From: an uncultured bacterium
GTDB taxonomy: Bacteria > Verrucomicrobiota > Verrucomicrobiia > Verrucomicrobiales > DEV007
Length of the DNA stretch: 64,000 nucleotides
Direction of reading: 5' to 3'
Assembly: GCA_963977015.1 (NCBI GenBank)
Contig: CAXBMO010000025.1
Span: 1-64,000 of the forward strand
Below the pieces are notes generated by a model, which did not search any database, was not told the DNA's origin, and was given only the letters and a program-made list of their open reading frames with translations. The position numbers were made by a program, and so were the translations under genes. Of this stretch, positions 1 through 10,735 are shown one piece after another; position 1 is the first letter of the stretch, and each line of letters starts with the position of its first letter.

Positions 1-181
1 AGCCTCAAAGTACAACCTCCATTCTCAACTTTGGAGGGTTTTCAAACACTCCCTAAACGTACGAGATCCGCGTACAAGGCCTATTAGATCTTTTGACCAT
101 TTCCATCGGAATCGATCCCAATATCTGAATTCAGAGTCCAGCGCTAGTCTCATTGGGTAGCCCCCAAAATCAGATTAGATC

Positions 182-1096
182 ATGATGACTCACCCCACTG
201 ACACAGCCGAAGAACGCGCGTTTCGAAAACTCACTGAATCCTCCCTCTTTCAGACTTATCGTACGGCATTCCGTCTCGCGACCGGTCTTGATGTTGAACT
301 CCGACCAGCTGGAGAAGAGGATGATCCCGATACGTCTCCGGGGCAGCTTGATGCGAATGAATTCTGTTCGGCCATGGACTCCGGCAAAGGCTGTGCAGCT
401 TGTGTTCTCGCTCGAAAATGTCTCTTTGAATCAGCCAGCCACCAGGCAAAGTCCGTCAAGTGCTTCGCCGGACTGAGAGAGACCGCTATCCCAATTCGTT
501 CCGGCAACAACCTGATTGCCTTCTTACGCACCGGTCAGGTCTTCCACGAAGCCCCCGCAAAATCCGAGTTTGAGGCGATTGCCCCAACGCTCGAGAAAGA
601 AGGAATCGCGGCAACGAAGGAGCTTGAATCCGCCTTCTTGGATTCTCCGGTTATGGACTCCAAAAAGTACTTGGGGGCGATCACCCTTCTCGCTGCGTTT
701 TCACTTCAACTTTCCGAAGAATTTTCCCGATTGATGATTGCGGAGGAAAATTCCGATCCGCCAATGGTGATCAAGGCAAAGCAATACATCAATGCCCACC
801 TGGAAGACAAAATCACCCTCGATGCCGTCGCTGATTACTGTTCGGTAAGCCCTTACTATTTCTGCAAACTCTTCAAAACTGCAACCGGAATGACGTTGAC
901 GGAATACGTCAATCGTCGACGCATCGAATGGGCAAAGCGGAAGCTCCTCAATCCTCAACTTCGAATCACGGAAGTCGCCTACGATGTTGGTTATCAGTCC
1001 CTTTCTCAGTTCAATCGCAGCTTTCTGCGATATGCCGGAGAGTCGCCCACTCACTTTCGTGAGAATTCGCTGATTGATTCCCAGCTGGCTGCTTAA
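182..1096 (+). CDS. AraC-family transcriptional regulator with N-terminal PocR-type sensory domain
   Basis: C-terminal AraC HTH (SPYYFCKLFK...ITEVAYDVGYQSLSQFNRSF); N-terminal Cys-containing PocR-like segment (FC...CAAC...KCFAGLRETAIPI...GQV). Confidence 0.9.
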   Translation: MMTHPTDTAEERAFRKLTESSLFQTYRTAFRLATGLDVELRPAGEEDDPDTSPGQLDANEFCSAMDSGKGCAACVLARKCLFESASHQAKSVKCFAGLRETAIPIRSGNNLIAFLRTGQVFHEAPAKSEFEAIAPTLEKEGIAATKELESAFLDSPVMDSKKYLGAITLLAAFSLQLSEEFSRLMIAEENSDPPMVIKAKQYINAHLEDKITLDAVADYCSVSPYYFCKLFKTATGMTLTEYVNRRRIEWAKRKLLNPQLRITEVAYDVGYQSLSQFNRSFLRYAGESPTHFRENSLIDSQLAA

Positions 1097-1140
1097 AAGA
1101 TCACTTGATCGAAACCCATTTTCAGGCGCGTGTCTCTTCC

Positions 1141-2475
1141 ATGAAGATTCGTCCATCTCGTCGCCACTTCCTTCGAACCACTCTCGCAGCAACAACGTCG
1201 GCCCCCTTTATCCTGCGTGGGGAGGGATCGCCGAACCAAAAATTGCAGCATGCCAGTTTTGGAGCGAATGGAATGGCCGGTGGAGATCTTCGGGCGATTG
1301 CAAGACATCCCAATATTGAATTGGTCGCCGTAGCCGAGGTTGATCTCGCCCGTGCTGACAAAATTCGTCAGGAGTTTCCCGAGGCCCGTATTTACCAGGA
1401 TTGGAGGGAATTGCTCGAAACCGAAGGCGACAAGATTGATTGCTGCAATATCTCGACGCCCGATCACATGCACGCACCCATCACAATGCGCGCGCTGACC
1501 ATGGGGAAACATTGCTACACCCAGAAGCCCCTTACCCATGATGTTTACGAGTCTCGCCAACTGAGAAAAGCAGCGACCGAAGCTGGCGTAATGACTCAAA
1601 TGGGCACACAGCTTGCGTCCTCGACGGCAGACCTCACGATCTCGGCCTGGGTCCAGAGCGGTGTCGCCGGCCGGATAGTTGCCGTTCATAGCTTCAGTCA
1701 CAAAACCTGGGGCGATCCTGCTCCACTTCCAACCGGAAGAACCGATCCTGCGCCTGAATCTCTGGATTGGAACCTTTGGAACGGAGTGGTCGATCCGGTC
1801 ACTTTCCTCAAGGGCTACTACCATCCGAGCCAATGGCGTAAGCGGATTCCATTCGGCACCGGAACGCTGGGAGATATGGGCTGCCATATGTTCAATGGAT
1901 GGTTTCGATCGCTGAAGCTCGACGCCCCTCTTTCCATCCGCAGCGAAGGTCCGGCTCCAGGAGACAACTGGGCAATTGATGGAGAAATCCATTACACCTT
2001 TCCCGGAAATGACCTCACGGCGGGAAAAACAGTCGAAGTGACGTGGTATGATGGAGCGAAACGGCCCCCCGCCGACCTGGTGGCACTTCTCGGCGAAAAG
2101 TTTCCGAAACAGGGAAGCGTCTACATCGGCGAAGAAGGAATTTTGGTCCACCCTCATGGCGGAAAAGTCCAGTTTTTCAAGAATGGCGTCCTGACTGAAC
2201 CTGGCCAACCTGAGGTTACCGGATCTTCCGCCAACCATTGGAAGGAATTTGTCGATTCAATCCTCGGCAAGACCAGTGGCCAAAAACCGAAGAGCAATTT
2301 CGACTTTGCCGGGCCGATGACCGAAACGGTCTTGTTGGGCAACGTTGCCGCATTCTATCCGGGTGAAGAATTGGAATGGGACGCCAAATCAATGGCTTTC
2401 CCGAAAAAGCCGGACGCAAATCAGCATATTCGACGCAATTATCGTGGCGGATGGGAAATTCCGGGATTGAGTTGA
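1141..2475 (+). CDS. Tat-exported Gfo/Idh/MocA-family oxidoreductase
   Basis: SRRHFL twin-arginine signal, GANGMA Rossmann motif, STPDHMH, QKPL, GTLGDMGCH; start moved to ATG 1141. Confidence 0.9.
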   Translation: MKIRPSRRHFLRTTLAATTSAPFILRGEGSPNQKLQHASFGANGMAGGDLRAIARHPNIELVAVAEVDLARADKIRQEFPEARIYQDWRELLETEGDKIDCCNISTPDHMHAPITMRALTMGKHCYTQKPLTHDVYESRQLRKAATEAGVMTQMGTQLASSTADLTISAWVQSGVAGRIVAVHSFSHKTWGDPAPLPTGRTDPAPESLDWNLWNGVVDPVTFLKGYYHPSQWRKRIPFGTGTLGDMGCHMFNGWFRSLKLDAPLSIRSEGPAPGDNWAIDGEIHYTFPGNDLTAGKTVEVTWYDGAKRPPADLVALLGEKFPKQGSVYIGEEGILVHPHGGKVQFFKNGVLTEPGQPEVTGSSANHWKEFVDSILGKTSGQKPKSNFDFAGPMTETVLLGNVAAFYPGEELEWDAKSMAFPKKPDANQHIRRNYRGGWEIPGLS

Positions 2476-2480
2476 GGAAC

Positions 2481-3077
2481 ATGAAAACCATTCGTTCCGC
2501 TATCACCTCAGTAATTCTGGCCTGCTCTCTCGCAGGTCTTCAAGCCCAGGAAAAGGCGGTGGAGGTAGACGGAGTTCCTCAATCGACAGACGACTTCATC
2601 GCTCTCAGAGACAAACTAAGCGTCGATCCCGAAGGTGGTGCTGCCGTTTTTGTGCTGGCGATGATGGCCTACATTTCGGATCAGGATCTTGGAGAGCAAT
2701 TTTTTACGATCGCTCTCGACCGCTCGAAGCTGCAACCCAGCGTTAGAGGTTATAAAGGATTCAAGCCGGAACGCTCGATGGACTACTTTCTCGATCGACT
2801 CGCAAAGAATCCTTATTGGCCAACCTCGTATGTGGAAGGGTCCAGCCCCGAGGAGAATTACAAAGTCGAATCCCCCTTTCAATTCACGTTCACTCGAAAC
2901 AAATACAGCGAGATCAGCAGTGACCGAATCAAGGTATTCATAGCGTGCAGCGGCGCCGACACCCCACGCCCCATCACCCTGCAAAAGAACAATCGCGGCA
3001 TCTGGAAGGCTCTTGAGTATTCGTCTCTGTTCGTGGGAATGAGGGCCCCCGGAAAACCGGCTGATGATGATCTTTAA
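2481..3077 (+). CDS. Secreted hypothetical protein (DUF6935-like)
   Basis: Signal peptide MKTIRSAITSVILACSLAGLQA; motifs PEGGAAVFV, SYVEGSSPEENY, SGADTPRPI; starts 5 nt after upstream gene. Confidence 0.6.
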   Translation: MKTIRSAITSVILACSLAGLQAQEKAVEVDGVPQSTDDFIALRDKLSVDPEGGAAVFVLAMMAYISDQDLGEQFFTIALDRSKLQPSVRGYKGFKPERSMDYFLDRLAKNPYWPTSYVEGSSPEENYKVESPFQFTFTRNKYSEISSDRIKVFIACSGADTPRPITLQKNNRGIWKALEYSSLFVGMRAPGKPADDDL

Positions 3078-3787
3078 AGATTCAGGAAAGCCGACTCCGG
3101 GTCACTGATCTCAATCCCAAAGATTTCTGAAAGGCTTCCGGGCGTCAATTCCCCACAATTCGTCGCTAACGAAGCGGAACCAAAGTTGGTAGCGCCATCA
3201 AGCGCCCCCTCCAACAGCTCCGATTTCTCCACTCCACGTAGTTGGAAGAAGAGTTCGGGCCGGTCGTCGAGAAGCACACCAATCCCATACATGGTAGCCG
3301 CCACGTGCTTGCACATATCCGCCCAATCCGGGCAAGTGCACGAAAAGTGAATCTCGCCGGTCGACGGGAAGAGCCCAAGTTCGGGGTCGGTGACAACCTC
3401 CAGAACCTGGTCTCCCAGATTCCCACTTAAAAGGTCTACAAGCGTATCAATCTTCCCCGTGCAACTCGCCTTGATCTCCTCCCAACATCCCTCTTCAAGG
3501 GAATCGATCCGAATGATCACCTCATAAATTTCGGCGCCGGTGACGTAGGCGAAGACCTCTCCTGTCTCGATTTCCAAATCGTAAACATGGCCGGACCTCA
3601 AATAACGTCTTCCGGCAGGCAACAAAAACTCGTAGTCGCTGTAGGTTTCAAGGTTCCGACACCACAATTGCCCCCAAAAGGAACCCGAGATCGACTTTTT
3701 CCGGTGAACCTCAACCGGCGCAAAAGGTTCTCCCTTCTCCCTGCGCTTTTGGATCTCCCGCTCAATTCGGTCTTGCGACTCACTCAT
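3074..3787 (-). CDS. SWIM zinc-finger protein
   Basis: CTCPDWADMCKHVAA SWIM motif; FWGQLWC and LPAGRRYLR typical of the family. Confidence 0.85.
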   Translation of the reverse strand: MSESQDRIEREIQKRREKGEPFAPVEVHRKKSISGSFWGQLWCRNLETYSDYEFLLPAGRRYLRSGHVYDLEIETGEVFAYVTGAEIYEVIIRIDSLEEGCWEEIKASCTGKIDTLVDLLSGNLGDQVLEVVTDPELGLFPSTGEIHFSCTCPDWADMCKHVAATMYGIGVLLDDRPELFFQLRGVEKSELLEGALDGATNFGSASLATNCGELTPGSLSEIFGIEISDPESAFLNL

Positions 3788-3910
3788 TGAACGAAAGGGT
3801 TACTCCTAAAACGCTTCGAACAAGACCGGATTTCCAGTTTCCGGGATGCCGCCAGCGACCAACAGAACAGCGTGGCGCCCTCCCTCTTTGCAGGGCTGCG
3901 ATAACCATGA

Positions 3911-5200
3911 CTACTTCATGGTTCTTAATACTTCTTCCACGACTTCCGCCGTCTTGGCGATCGCCGCTTCATCGTGAGCCAACGAAATGAAGCCGGCTTC
4001 ATATTGGGACGGAGCAAAATAGACACCGCGCTCAAGACAGCCCCAGAAAAATTTGCTGAAGTCACCGAAATTAGCCTTTTTCACATCCTCAACACTCCAG
4101 ATTTCCCGGTCCGTGAAGAACAGGCAGAACATTGAACCCACTCGATGCAGCTGTAGGTCCAATCCGGCCTTCGCGATTGCTTCTCTCGTTCCAGCTTCGA
4201 AGGCGGCCCCGGCTTTTTCCAGCCGCGCATAACCATCCGCGCGATCCAGTTCCCGAAGTTGAGCCAGCCCTGCGGCCATCGCCAGTGGGTTCCCGGACAG
4301 CGTTCCCGCCTGATAAACGGGTCCATCGGGAGCCAAATGATCCATAATCTCAGCTTTTCCACCGAAGGCCCCAACCGGCAGACCGCCACCGATCACCTTC
4401 CCCAGCGCGGTCAGATCTGGAGTAACGCCTGTCAATTCCTGAACCCCGCCTTTGGCCAGGCGAAACCCGGTCATCACCTCGTCAAAAATAAGAACGCTTC
4501 CGTATTCGTTGGTGATCTCACGCAGAAACTCCAGATAGCCATCGCGCGGAAAAATCAGGCCGGCATTCGCGGGATACGGTTCCAGAATCACCGCTGCGAT
4601 CCGCTCTCCCTCCTCCGCAAAAACCTTCCGGACCGCTTCCTCATCATTGAAGGGAACCGTAAGGGTCAGCGCCGCAAAGTCATCGGGGATTCCGGCACTA
4701 TCCGGTTTTCCATGCGTCATCGCACCGCTTCCCGCCGCCACCAGGAGCGAATCGACGTGACCATGGTAACAACCGATAAACTTGACGATCAAATCCCGGC
4801 CCGTATACCCCCTCGCCAAGCGGATCGCCGTCATCGTCGCCTCCGTTCCGCTATTCACCATTCTGACTTTCTCGACAGACGGAACCCAATCCACGATCAG
4901 CTCCGCCATCTCCACTTCAAAGGGATTCGGAATCCCAAAACTGACACCAGCCTGGGCAGCCGCGGAAACCGCCTCCACGACGACCTCTGGTGCATGTCCT
5001 AGAATCGCCGGCCCCCAAGTGCCGACGTAATCGACCAACTCGTGTCCATCGACATCCCAAATCCGGCACCCTTTGGCTCGCTCCACAAAGAAGGGCTCCC
5101 CATCGACATTGCGAAACGCCCGCACCGGAGAGTTTACCCCACCGGGAATAACCTTCTTGGCTGCGGAGAATAGTCTGTGTGATTTGGTGGATTCCGTCAT
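3911..5200 (-). CDS. hemL: Glutamate-1-semialdehyde 2,1-aminomutase
   Basis: [52 protein letters not shown]. Confidence 0.97.
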   Translation of the reverse strand: MTESTKSHRLFSAAKKVIPGGVNSPVRAFRNVDGEPFFVERAKGCRIWDVDGHELVDYVGTWGPAILGHAPEVVVEAVSAAAQAGVSFGIPNPFEVEMAELIVDWVPSVEKVRMVNSGTEATMTAIRLARGYTGRDLIVKFIGCYHGHVDSLLVAAGSGAMTHGKPDSAGIPDDFAALTLTVPFNDEEAVRKVFAEEGERIAAVILEPYPANAGLIFPRDGYLEFLREITNEYGSVLIFDEVMTGFRLAKGGVQELTGVTPDLTALGKVIGGGLPVGAFGGKAEIMDHLAPDGPVYQAGTLSGNPLAMAAGLAQLRELDRADGYARLEKAGAAFEAGTREAIAKAGLDLQLHRVGSMFCLFFTDREIWSVEDVKKANFGDFSKFFWGCLERGVYFAPSQYEAGFISLAHDEAAIAKTAEVVEEVLRTMK

Positions 5201-5297
5201 TGATGCAATTTGTGGTGCAAGTGGCATTCGTCAAAACGTCTAGGTGAGATTTGCAGTCTTCGCTTCACCTTCTTTCAGCAAAACCAACACACTCACC

Positions 5298-6005
5298 ATG
5301 AAAGCGCTCATCCATTCGCTTCTGATTCTCATTCTGCTATTCTCTCCGGCTCCAACCCAGGCAGAGCTCAGCCGGGAAACAGGCGCCATTTACCTCGAGG
5401 ACGTTCTGGAGCCTGATCAGAGCGTTATTCTCCGAGTCATCCATCCTGCTCCAATCTACTACCAACTCGATGGCAAACGCAGGCTCGGCACCCTTCGGGT
5501 CGGATTTGACGCCGAAATTGTCGCGATCAGCCAAAAGGCCTACATGGTTCGAGCCAAAGCTCAGCATGCCGATGTCAAAGGCTGGATTTCACCACAAGCG
5601 CTCCAGGCTCACAATGGTGGAGACTTTGTGAAAGTTCTCGGCCAGCTTTATCAACGCCAACTGGTGGTACAGGAATTGATCGAGAAACGCCAGGTGGCTC
5701 TGGGAATGACTCTACACGAAGTACAAGAATCGCTGGGGAATCCGGATCGAATCAATTCCGCGATCGACGCGACCGGGAAGCAAGACACCCTCGAATACGT
5801 AACCTACAAGCGCGTTGCTCAAACCGTTACCCGTTTCGATGAGTTTGGCGTTCCGTATTCCGATATCGTTTATGTGAATGTTGAGGTTGGCAAAGTGGCC
5901 ATTGGGTTGGTCGACGAAATCGTGCACAGCATCAATCACATGGAGGCGGCGCGAAACTGCGGAAGCGGGATCACGCTCAAGCCTCCCCCTCTCCTCATTT
6001 TCTAG
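5298..6005 (+). CDS. Secreted hypothetical protein
   Basis: Signal peptide ending PTQA; GMTLHEVQESLGNPD resembles the SmpA/OmlA-like GMT..EV...LG.P motif. Confidence 0.65.
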   Translation: MKALIHSLLILILLFSPAPTQAELSRETGAIYLEDVLEPDQSVILRVIHPAPIYYQLDGKRRLGTLRVGFDAEIVAISQKAYMVRAKAQHADVKGWISPQALQAHNGGDFVKVLGQLYQRQLVVQELIEKRQVALGMTLHEVQESLGNPDRINSAIDATGKQDTLEYVTYKRVAQTVTRFDEFGVPYSDIVYVNVEVGKVAIGLVDEIVHSINHMEAARNCGSGITLKPPPLLIF

Positions 6006-6049
6006 CAGGGAATCGCGCCCTTTTGGCACTTCCTAAATCACCACAAGCA

Positions 6050-6120
6050 CGCCATTCTGGCGCAGCCATCAGGTTTTGGTGGGATATTTTCCGTCACGGG
6101 GATTGGAACGAGTTCTGCTA
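6050..6120 (+). promoter_or_regulatory. Putative sigma-54 (-24/-12) promoter of clpB with upstream palindrome
   Basis: TGGAACGAGTTCTGCT at 6104-6119 fits GG-N10-GC; palindrome CGCCA-TTC-TGGCG at 6050-6062. Confidence 0.55.
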
Positions 6121-6153
6121 TTTATAGGATGAAATTCTAAACTCCCCACCAAG

Positions 6154-8721
6154 ATGACTTTGAACAAACTCACCACAAAATTACAGGAAGCGCTTCAGGA
6201 AGCCCAGGAAATTGCCAACTCTTTCGGACACGCCGAGATCAGCCCGGCCCATGTCGTTTTATCGCTGACCCGCCAGGAAGGAGGGCTTGCAGGTTCCCTC
6301 TTCGAGAAAATCGGAGGCCAAGCCTCCCAACTTCCTCAACTTTCCAAGGACTTTCTCGAGCGACTGCCCAGAGCAGAAGGTGCTTTAACCCAAGCACAGC
6401 TGGGAAGAGAGCTCAGCCAAGTTCTGCATGAGGCTGACAAGGAAAGGGAACGTCTTGCCGATGACTTCATCAGCATTGAGCATTTCCTTCTTGCCACGGC
6501 AGCTTCGAAAACCACAGCCGGAGATCTGCTAAGAAGCGCCGGCGTAACCAAGCAATCTCTTGAGGCCGCCTTGAAAGATGTTCGCGGTAGTCAGAAAGTG
6601 ACGGATCAGGATCCTGAAGGCAAATATCAGGCTCTCGAAAAATACGGAACAGACCTCACAAAGCTGGCCCGGGCCGGCAAGATCGACCCCATCATCGGAA
6701 GGGATGAAGAAATTCGGCGCGTCATGCAGATTCTCTCGCGCCGCACCAAGAACAACCCCGTCCTGATCGGCGAACCGGGGGTCGGCAAAACCGCGATCGC
6801 AGAGGGTCTCGCCAGGCGAATTGTGAGTGGCGATGTTCCAGAAAGCTTGAAAAACAAACGCCTCGTCGCAATGGACCTTGGAGCAATGATCGCCGGGGCG
6901 AAGTATCGGGGCGAATTTGAAGACCGGCTGAAAGCCTTTCTCAAGGAAGTGGTTTCGAGCGAAGGACAGATCCTTCTCTTCATTGACGAATTGCACACCA
7001 TTGTCGGAGCGGGAGCGTCGGAAGGCGCCGTCGATGCGTCGAATCTCCTGAAACCCCAGCTCGCCCGTGGTGAGCTGCATACCATCGGCGCAACCACCCT
7101 CGATGAGTATCGCAAACACATTGAAAAAGATGCTGCGCTGGAGCGCCGCTTTCAGCCCGTTACAGTCGGCGAGCCAAGCGTTGAGGACACGGTTGCCATT
7201 CTCCGCGGAATCAAGGAGCGTTATGAGGTTCACCACGGAGTTCGCGTGAAAGACTCTGCTCTGGTTGCCGCCGCGAACCTGTCCAATCGCTACATCTCGG
7301 ATCGATTTCTCCCCGACAAAGCCGTGGATTTGGTTGATGAAGCGGCGTCGCGCCTGAAGATCGAATTGGATTCGATGCCCACAGAAATCGATCAATTGGA
7401 ACGCCAAGGCATGCAGTTGGAAATGGAACGCCAGGCGTTGGCCAAGGAGAAGGATGACGCCTCAAAGGAACGGCTTCAGCGGGTTGAACGGGAGCTGGCC
7501 GAAATCCGGGAAAAGGCAGATGCGATGAAGGCCCAATGGCAAAAGGAGAAAGGAGTGATCGATGAAGTGCGGAAAACGCAGGAAGCGATCGAAAATGCCA
7601 AAAACGAATTGGAACAGGCTCAGCGTCTGGGCGATCTGGCGCAGGCCAGTGAGATCCAATACGGAATCCTACCTGACTTGGAGAAAATGCTCACGGCTCA
7701 GAACGAACGTTTGCATCAGCAAAATCGAATCCTCAAAGAAGAAGTCACCGAAGAGGATATCGCAAAGGTGGTCGCCAGTTGGACAGGCATTCCTGTCACC
7801 CGGCTCCAGGAGGGTGAGCGCAGTAAACTCACCCACATGGAGGCTCGCCTCGGTCAACGTGTGATCGGACAGCTTGAGGCTGTTGAAGCTGTTTCGAACG
7901 CCGTCCGCCGGGCCCGCGCAGGTCTTCAGGATGAGAACCGCCCCATTGGATCTTTTCTCTTTCTGGGACCAACCGGAGTTGGAAAAACGGAACTGAGCCG
8001 GGCGCTCGCAGAGTTTCTCTTCGACGATGAAAACGCCATGATCCGCATCGATATGAGCGAATACATGGAAAAACACGCCGTCGCCCGACTGATTGGCGCG
8101 CCTCCAGGATATGTTGGTTACGAGGAAGGTGGCCAACTCAGCGAATCGGTCCGCCGCAGACCTTACTCGGTCGTCTTGTTTGACGAGGTGGAAAAAGCCC
8201 ATCCGGATGTCTTTAACGTTCTTCTCCAAGTTCTCGACGATGGCCGAATCACCGATGGCCAAGGTCGGACTGTCGACTTCAAGAACACCGTGCTCATCAT
8301 GACGAGTAACATCGGCAGCCAATACATCATGTCAGAGGACAACGCCGAGCAACGGGAAGCAAAAGTAACGGAGGCGCTTCGAGCGCATTTCCGGCCCGAG
8401 TTTTTGAACCGGGTCGACGAAACAATCATCTTTGATCGACTGAGCCAGGAAGATCTCAATCAGATCGTTCAGATTCAGGTCAATCGGGTGATCAGTCGTT
8501 TGGCCGGCCAGAATATGGAGCTCAAGCTCACCGACGCCGCGCTAAACCACCTCGCCCAGACTGGTTACGATCCAGTTTACGGGGCTCGCCCGCTCAAACG
8601 AACGATTCAAAAACTCGTTCTGGATCCGCTCAGTATGCAGCTTCTGGACGGGAACTTTAAAGAGGGTGACTCACTGGTCGGAGATCTCGACGGAGGTAAA
8701 CTGGTTTTCCGGAAGTCTTGA
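6154..8721 (+). CDS. clpB: ATP-dependent disaggregase ClpB
   Basis: Two Walker A motifs ([16 protein letters not shown]), coiled-coil M domain, [21 protein letters not shown]. Confidence 0.98.
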   Translation: MTLNKLTTKLQEALQEAQEIANSFGHAEISPAHVVLSLTRQEGGLAGSLFEKIGGQASQLPQLSKDFLERLPRAEGALTQAQLGRELSQVLHEADKERERLADDFISIEHFLLATAASKTTAGDLLRSAGVTKQSLEAALKDVRGSQKVTDQDPEGKYQALEKYGTDLTKLARAGKIDPIIGRDEEIRRVMQILSRRTKNNPVLIGEPGVGKTAIAEGLARRIVSGDVPESLKNKRLVAMDLGAMIAGAKYRGEFEDRLKAFLKEVVSSEGQILLFIDELHTIVGAGASEGAVDASNLLKPQLARGELHTIGATTLDEYRKHIEKDAALERRFQPVTVGEPSVEDTVAILRGIKERYEVHHGVRVKDSALVAAANLSNRYISDRFLPDKAVDLVDEAASRLKIELDSMPTEIDQLERQGMQLEMERQALAKEKDDASKERLQRVERELAEIREKADAMKAQWQKEKGVIDEVRKTQEAIENAKNELEQAQRLGDLAQASEIQYGILPDLEKMLTAQNERLHQQNRILKEEVTEEDIAKVVASWTGIPVTRLQEGERSKLTHMEARLGQRVIGQLEAVEAVSNAVRRARAGLQDENRPIGSFLFLGPTGVGKTELSRALAEFLFDDENAMIRIDMSEYMEKHAVARLIGAPPGYVGYEEGGQLSESVRRRPYSVVLFDEVEKAHPDVFNVLLQVLDDGRITDGQGRTVDFKNTVLIMTSNIGSQYIMSEDNAEQREAKVTEALRAHFRPEFLNRVDETIIFDRLSQEDLNQIVQIQVNRVISRLAGQNMELKLTDAALNHLAQTGYDPVYGARPLKRTIQKLVLDPLSMQLLDGNFKEGDSLVGDLDGGKLVFRKS

Positions 8722-8729
8722 TTCCCCTC

Positions 8730-10580
8730 CTACTCGCTATCCTCAAATTTCTCGCGCAATGCGGTAAAGTAACGAAGCACCTGCTCACGCCGCCCCGCGG
8801 GAAGGGCCTGCGCATCCAGAGCCTCTTCCTCCACCGCGATGTATTCAGCGGCCTGCGCCTGCAATTGGCGTTGGGCCGCTTCACTTCGCGTCCCGCCCTG
8901 CACGGTCTGCATGGTTGATTCGCCGTCCGCATTGATGACGGCATCCACCAACGCGTCCTTGTTTGCATTCAGCGCCTCGGTTCGGTTCTCCTTCATTTCC
9001 GCAGAACCAAATCCCGCCTCCAATCCTGGAGCGCCGATCGCACTCCCAACCCCACCCAACATATTGCTGGGAGCTGAAGATCCGGGAGCCTGACCGGGAA
9101 CTGGAGCCATCATTCCAGGTTGGCCTTCGCCAGGTTTTGGCGTCTGCCCGGGCACGGGAGCCATTCCCAATTGCTGGTTTTCCGGTTGCTGGCCGGGAAC
9201 TGGTGGTTGCATCCCGGGAACCGGTGCGCCCTCCATTCCGGGCTGTTGGTTCGGCTGATTCTGAGGCCCAGGAGCCTGGAGAGCTTGCGGTGTCCCCTGA
9301 GGTCCGGTCGGAGGAACCTGGGGGACCTCTGCATCGGCCAGGTTCTGGACTCCCGGTGGAGGCTTCGGGGCTTCCCTACCCAACTCTTTCATCTGCTCCA
9401 TCTGGCTCTGCGCAATCTCATTCCCGCTCTGTCGCAATTGCTCGGCCAACTCCTTGAGTTCGCTCTCCGCTCGCTGCCGATGTTCCACTTCCCGAAAGTG
9501 ATCGCTCAAATTGCGAAAGTCCTGTGCCGCCGGCTCCGGCTGATTTTCAGTCAACCTTTCAGAAGCGTTCCCAACATGCTCACCAACCGGACGCGCCCTG
9601 TCCTCTTCGCTTGCCTTCGCCATCGTTCGCCGCAACGCCTGATCAATCCTTCGCTTCGCATCGCCGGTTAGTTTCTGGTCGGCCAGTTTTTCGGCCAGAC
9701 GATCAGCCTCATTTGCACTTGAGGCCGCATTTTGATCCTGAAGGGCTGCAGCCAAATCGGCGGTATCCGCATGGGAAGCCATTTCAGAGAGCATCTCGCT
9801 GGAAGCCCACTCGCCGTCTTCCGCTCCTAGCTTCGAGGCGATTCTCTCTGCCGCCCGAGCCCTGGCTTCAAGTTCATTCAAAATCTCCCGGCTCGACTTT
9901 TCGCCCGCACCGTCAAGCATCTCTGCGGTCCCTTCCAGCGAAGCCGCCAATTCCTCCAGCGACGTTCTTTCTTCTTGGTTGCCAATCAACTCCTTTAGCT
10001 TTTCAAACCTCGCCTGCTGCTCGGCCAACTGATTAGCTTCCTCCTTGGCCTGCGCTGCCATCTCTTCACTCATTACCAGGTCTTCGGCACGGATGGTTTG
10101 CCGAAAAAAGGGAGTGAGAAGGAACAGAAAAATGAGCGGCACCCCCAGCCAATTCCAACTTGGTTTTGGCAATGGTAGGTCCGCCTCGAGGTTCTCAAGA
10201 CGTTCGGAAAGTAGTTCTTGAGCTTGTTGTAAATGCAAGACTTCCCCGACCGAGCGCCCTTCCTGATTTTCGAAAAATTGAGCTGAAGAGAAGACATTCT
10301 TTCCTCCCGACGCCTCATCCCAAGTGGCCAGAGATCGAAACGGGTTGGCTTTGCGCCAGAGATTGAATGCAAGAGTCGCAACCATCCAGACAACCAGTGC
10401 CGCCACCGCAAACCGGAATTCCGGAGCGGCCAGTCCCAGGATGCGCAACGCAATAAAACCAGTGAGAAGCCCAATAACCACCCCGGTCACGGTGAGGTTG
10501 AGGCTCCGGATCGTCTGAATGCCGAGGAGGCGCCAGGAAACTTGGCGACCGACAGCTTCGAAACTCGTCTTTGGTGACAT
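8730..10580 (-). CDS. Membrane-anchored coiled-coil protein with Pro/Gln/Gly-rich tail
   Basis: Three N-terminal hydrophobic segments, long E/A/Q helical region, repeated PVPG units, C-terminal LP...REQVLRYF. Confidence 0.75.
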   Translation of the reverse strand: MSPKTSFEAVGRQVSWRLLGIQTIRSLNLTVTGVVIGLLTGFIALRILGLAAPEFRFAVAALVVWMVATLAFNLWRKANPFRSLATWDEASGGKNVFSSAQFFENQEGRSVGEVLHLQQAQELLSERLENLEADLPLPKPSWNWLGVPLIFLFLLTPFFRQTIRAEDLVMSEEMAAQAKEEANQLAEQQARFEKLKELIGNQEERTSLEELAASLEGTAEMLDGAGEKSSREILNELEARARAAERIASKLGAEDGEWASSEMLSEMASHADTADLAAALQDQNAASSANEADRLAEKLADQKLTGDAKRRIDQALRRTMAKASEEDRARPVGEHVGNASERLTENQPEPAAQDFRNLSDHFREVEHRQRAESELKELAEQLRQSGNEIAQSQMEQMKELGREAPKPPPGVQNLADAEVPQVPPTGPQGTPQALQAPGPQNQPNQQPGMEGAPVPGMQPPVPGQQPENQQLGMAPVPGQTPKPGEGQPGMMAPVPGQAPGSSAPSNMLGGVGSAIGAPGLEAGFGSAEMKENRTEALNANKDALVDAVINADGESTMQTVQGGTRSEAAQRQLQAQAAEYIAVEEEALDAQALPAGRREQVLRYFTALREKFEDSE

Positions 10581-10735
10581 CTGAGCCCGATCTTAGATGG
10601 AAAGGGCGAACGTCTCCAGCCGTTTTTGTTCCCAGCCGCGCGAGCCCAGCAAAGCTCCTCGCAAAAAATCCGTTCTTGTGCTAAGTTTTTCCGGTTCCGT
10701 CTCCCTTTCATCCTCGTTCCCTCAAGCCCTGCCAA

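Noticed and set aside
1093-2238. 381-aa minus-strand ORF (likewise 59481-60569, 62093-63022, 14721-15638)
   Set aside because: Antisense to clearly identifiable + strand genes
6001-6013. CTAGCAGGGAAT resembling the ECF -35 motif
   Set aside because: Mismatch in the core, no matching -10 element, and it would point antisense into a gene
6022-6050. TTGGCACT as CIRCE half-site upstream of clpB
   Set aside because: No second GAGTGCTAA-like half at 9-nt spacing
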